Positions 4,549-6,806 of a stretch of 6,806 nt of DNA are shown in pieces; the stretch's first letter is position 1, and the number at the start of each line of letters is the position of its first letter. A model generated the notes under the pieces. That model saw only the letters and a list, made by a program, of their open reading frames with translations, had not been told where the DNA came from and ran no database searches. A program made the translations under genes and the position numbers. The DNA comes from a virus, in the IMG/VR virus record IMGVR_UViG_3300011982_000007, positions 1 through 6,806 of that record; one strand, given 5' to 3'.

Positions 4549-5818
4549 CAGCCATACCTTTACGCCTATTTCTCCAAGCTTTAGCAATGGTATCTACATC
4601 ATTAGCTTGACTATCATACGATGTACGATGTCCTGTATTTCTATCATATACCATATCCAGAAGATAATTGGCAAACTCAACGAAGTTATGCGGCCGAGCC
4701 TTTTGCGTAATTTCGGCAACTTTTTCAGCAGAGCCATAATGATTTTGAAGTTGTTGAAATAAGGTCTTTTGTTCCTCGGTCAATGTTTGTTGACCAATTA
4801 ATTTAGCAACTTTTCGCTGAACAGAAGAATTGACAGAATTAAGCTGAGTTTGGCTCTTATTTAAACCAACTTGAGAACCTAACACCTCAATTTCCTTTTT
4901 AATCTTCTGATTTTCCATTATCAAGTTGGAAATAGTCTGATGAACCACATCATATTGAGCAGGCTCAAGGTACTCCAAGTGATACCTCTTAAGTAGTGTA
5001 TCAGCATTGATATTATCCCAGGTAATGCTATCATTCATAATAGCACTCTTAAGCTTATCAATTCGCTTAAACAATTCCTTATTTTCACCGCGCTTACGTT
5101 GTTCAGCGAGTGTAACAGGTCTGCCAGTTGTCTCATCTACCATAGGCATAGAGTTCTCATCGGTAGCTTGCAAGTTCATTAGAGTATAATCCATTTCTTG
5201 GAGGTTGGCTTGAGCGGCCTTAACACGGGCTTCAGCCGCAGATGCTTGCAACTGCGATTGAGTGATAGAGCTTTCAGTACCGCCGACTACACCTGCCGCT
5301 TGGTCATTACGCTTATCAATAGCCTTTTGACGTCTCAACTTATACGCATCGGTAGCAGCTTGTACGCCTTGCGCCATAGCATTACCAACCGATGAACTAA
5401 TATCACCGAAAGGCTCTAATTCATTAAGATAACTCATAGAGCCAGGAGTAGCAGAATTGGACAAATTAGCAGCATTAGCGGCACCAACAGATGATGCAGC
5501 AGCTTGGTTGTTGTATAAGTAGGGGTTATAGCCTGCTTTCTCAACACGCTCACGAACAGCACTCTCATCAGCCCATGCACGATTTTCGGCATTGACCTTA
5601 TCCTGATAGGCCATTTGCTGCTTATTGACCTTATCCTGCTGGGCGACTTGCTTTTCCCACATTTCTCGCTGAAAATCAATATTCTGATTATTCGCTTTTC
5701 GCGCGCCACGAGAAGAAATAAGACTACCAACAATAGCGGCACCTGCACCAATCAAGGCAGGAATAAAGGCTAATTGAGTAGGATAATTTGCAATCCAATT
5801 TGTTAAATCATATACCAT
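4538..5818 (-). CDS. VP2: Minor capsid / DNA pilot protein VP2 (phiX H-like).
   Basis: 426-aa ORF. It has an N-terminal Gly/Ala-rich hydrophobic segment (LAFIPALIGAGAAIVGSLI). This is followed by FQREMW...AW...RERVEKAGYNPYL, which resembles the conserved AGxNP block of Microviridae VP2 proteins. The centre is long, Q/A/K-rich and coiled-coil-like. Confidence 0.85.
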   Translation of the reverse strand: MVYDLTNWIANYPTQLAFIPALIGAGAAIVGSLISSRGARKANNQNIDFQREMWEKQVAQQDKVNKQQMAYQDKVNAENRAWADESAVRERVEKAGYNPYLYNNQAAASSVGAANAANLSNSATPGSMSYLNELEPFGDISSSVGNAMAQGVQAATDAYKLRRQKAIDKRNDQAAGVVGGTESSITQSQLQASAAEARVKAAQANLQEMDYTLMNLQATDENSMPMVDETTGRPVTLAEQRKRGENKELFKRIDKLKSAIMNDSITWDNINADTLLKRYHLEYLEPAQYDVVHQTISNLIMENQKIKKEIEVLGSQVGLNKSQTQLNSVNSSVQRKVAKLIGQQTLTEEQKTLFQQLQNHYGSAEKVAEITQKARPHNFVEFANYLLDMVYDRNTGHRTSYDSQANDVDTIAKAWRNRRKGMAVKK

Positions 5819-5834
5819 AATCTGAAAGAATTGA

Positions 5835-5858
5835 GCCTACCCCATAATAGGGGTAGGC
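5835..5858. other. Perfect 9-bp stem, 6-nt loop hairpin between the 46-aa ORF and VP2. Possible attenuator or mRNA-stability element.
   Basis: gcctacccc / ataata / ggggtaggc. On the minus strand it is followed by UCAAUUCUUUCAGAUU and then the VP2 AUG. Confidence 0.75.
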
Positions 5859-5878
5859 GGTTAAAAAATCACAGGAAA

Positions 5879-6019
5879 TCAAACATAGTCAGTAGGGTCT
5901 ACTTTTTTAGGGTTGTCACCAGACGGCTTGTCCTTGTCCTTTTTAAATTGGTCAAGAACCATTTTGAGGAATGGAATTGCAATCTCCAAAACACGAAGAA
6001 TTTTACCAAAAAGTTTCAT
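5879..6019 (-). CDS. Hypothetical 46-aa protein with an amphipathic/hydrophobic N-terminal half and a charged, Lys/Asp/Pro-rich C-terminal half.
   Basis: Translation: MKLFGKILRVLEIAIPFLKMVLDQFKKDKDKPSGDNPKKVDPTDYV. It is on the same strand and in gene order between the VP3-like gene and VP2. The internal ATG at 6019 is preferred over the 105-aa version in the ORF track, which would overlap the VP3-like gene. Confidence 0.45.
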   Translation of the reverse strand: MKLFGKILRVLEIAIPFLKMVLDQFKKDKDKPSGDNPKKVDPTDYV

Positions 6020-6083
6020 AATAAATAATTTAAATAATGAATAATGAATAAATAAAATAAAATAGTTATTGGCCGAGTGAATT

Positions 6084-6521
6084 TTATTCACTTTGGCCAC
6101 CTTGGTCACCTTGGCCACCTTGGTCACCTTCGTCACCTTGTTCACCTTGGTCAACATCGGCCATGATAGTACTTTCATAGAACTCACGCACAGCATCCAT
6201 ATCAGTAAGAGTAGAATTGTACCTACTAGGTAGCAGGTTAATTAATTCCTCATCAGACAAGTTATTACGCTTAGATGCAGGCATAGCTTGTAATTGCGAC
6301 AAAATTTTGTCACGCTCAAGGGCAGACAAGTTACCACCTAACAACTTGGTAACGGGATTTTCATACGTACCTGTTACAGGGTCTACAGGAAACAACACAT
6401 CCTGAACTTGTGCTATTTCAGCATTAAGAATAGGCGACTTATCATTCGGCTTAGCCTGCACAAGTGCCACGTCAATCATATCATCCGACAAATGCGGATA
6501 TAAAAAATTAAGTACTTGCAT
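6084..6521 (-). CDS. Putative internal scaffolding protein (VP3-like) with an acidic tail that has Gly at every third residue.
   Basis: 145-aa ORF starting 11 nt after the VP1 stop. It is acidic overall. The LLPSRY...REFYES segment recalls the LPSxIR..F region of gokushovirus VP3, as I remember it. The C-terminus reads DQGEQGDEGDQGGQGDQGGQSE. I rate the coding call at about 0.85 and the scaffold function at about 0.5. Confidence 0.7.
   Translation of the reverse strand: MQVLNFLYPHLSDDMIDVALVQAKPNDKSPILNAEIAQVQDVLFPVDPVTGTYENPVTKLLGGNLSALERDKILSQLQAMPASKRNNLSDEELINLLPSRYNSTLTDMDAVREFYESTIMADVDQGEQGDEGDQGGQGDQGGQSE
6091..6153. repeat. Seven tandem copies of a 9-bp unit, CCTTGGYCA (plus strand).
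   Basis: The copies read ctttggcca ccttggtca ccttggcca ccttggtca ccttcgtca ccttgttca ccttggtca. They are in frame within the VP3-like ORF and encode triplets of the (G-D/E/G-Q) type. Confidence 0.95.
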
Positions 6522-6532
6522 AACAATAAGAA

Positions 6533-6806
6533 TTAAATTCGGGGCATACCATCCTCGGACATATCCGATACCTTTTCTATATTAAAGTGAGCATAACCAA
6601 ACATACAATCGGTAAGTTCAGTGCCATTGTAATCAACAGCGAATACAGAGTTAAGCCACCGAGGGTTAATCTTTAAGCTAGCAGCCTTAAATGATTGTAG
6701 CACATCCATATCACGAGCGCGAGCAATACTCCAATACGATAACGGCTCTTCCCGACTGAATTGTCCGTGATTGATGTCTAATGCAGTCTTATACTCACTA
6801 TAACGA
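6533..6806 (-). CDS. VP1: Major capsid protein VP1, 3' (C-terminal) part. Positions 6708-6806 duplicate 1-99.
   Basis: The same frame continues across the circular junction; codon 492 uses positions 2, 1 and 6707 (ATG). The sequence reads ...EEPLSYWSIARARDMDVLQSFKAASLKINPRWLNSVFAVDYNGTELTDCMFGYAHFNIEKVSDMSEDGMPRI with stop TAA at 6535-6533. 1475 + 175 = 1650 nt, which is divisible by 3. Confidence 0.92.
   Translation of the reverse strand, partial: RYSEYKTALDINHGQFSREEPLSYWSIARARDMDVLQSFKAASLKINPRWLNSVFAVDYNGTELTDCMFGYAHFNIEKVSDMSEDGMPRI
6708..6806. repeat. Terminal redundancy (right copy), identical to 1-99.
   Basis: Exact 99-nt match to the window start. It lies inside the VP1 coding sequence, so it is an assembly overlap of a circle and not a biological repeat. 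Confidence 0.97.

Noticed and set aside
5879-6196. The 105-aa version of the small ORF (MLCVSSMKVLSW...KVTKVTKVAKV...).
   Set aside because: Its N-terminal 59 aa come from the +1 frame of the VP3-like gene, where the 9-bp repeat reads as KVT/KVA, and from an AT-rich spacer. The internal ATG at 6019, in intergenic position, is the more plausible start.
657-6405. Plus-strand ORFs from the track: 657-893, 2159-2350, 3041-3319, 5007-5189, 5198-5395, 5831-6028 and 6217-6405.
   Set aside because: Nearly all lie antisense within strongly supported minus-strand genes (5831-6028 lies antisense to the 46-aa ORF and its flanking spacer). They are short (60-92 aa), low-complexity and Arg/Ile/Leu/Ser-rich, as expected from the complement of T3-biased codons. 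None has an associated promoter-like context or motif.
6708-6806. The terminal direct repeat considered as a biological DTR, LTR or transposon end.
   Set aside because: It is exact, lies inside the VP1 coding frame, and joining the two ends restores an intact capsid gene. It is an assembly overlap of a circular molecule.

Overview
The window is one complete circular ssDNA phage genome of the family Microviridae, with a VP1/VP2/VP3/VP4 gene set like gokushoviruses and alpaviruses rather than phiX174. The unit length is 6,707 nt. It is linearised inside the major capsid gene and carries a 99-nt exact assembly overlap (1-99 = 6708-6806). All well-supported genes lie on the minus strand, whose sense strand is T-rich. 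In transcription order they are an 84-aa ORF, VP4, VP1, a VP3-like protein, a 46-aa ORF and VP2. The 84-aa ORF is ATGA-coupled to a long 573-aa VP4 HUH replication initiator. VP1 is 549 aa when joined across the window ends, so it is absent from the supplied ORF track. The 145-aa VP3-like scaffold candidate has an acidic tail with Gly at every third residue, encoded by a 9-bp tandem repeat. VP2, the pilot/minor capsid protein, is 426 aa. I found no integrase, lysin, tRNA, rRNA or CRISPR array. No start codon has a Shine-Dalgarno sequence, and some TAnnTTTG boxes are present; together with the AT-rich composition this points to a Bacteroidota host (inference). The most unusual feature is an ORF-free region of about 0.9 kb (3550-4431, about 13% of the genome). 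It contains a GC/CpG-rich island (about 55% GC over 3961-4200, against very AT-rich flanks). The island is packed with perfect hairpins, including two with the same CCGTC loop and a 12-bp GC hairpin overlapping a G-quadruplex motif on the coding-sense strand. It also holds direct repeats and a 41-bp tandem, iteron-like repeat. A second item is a 38-aa single-transmembrane ORF on the opposite (+) strand at 4432-4548. It converges on and overlaps the VP2 3' end and would be fully antisense to the VP2 3'UTR. Functions proposed for the non-coding elements and small ORFs are hypotheses. Only the sequence patterns themselves are directly observed.
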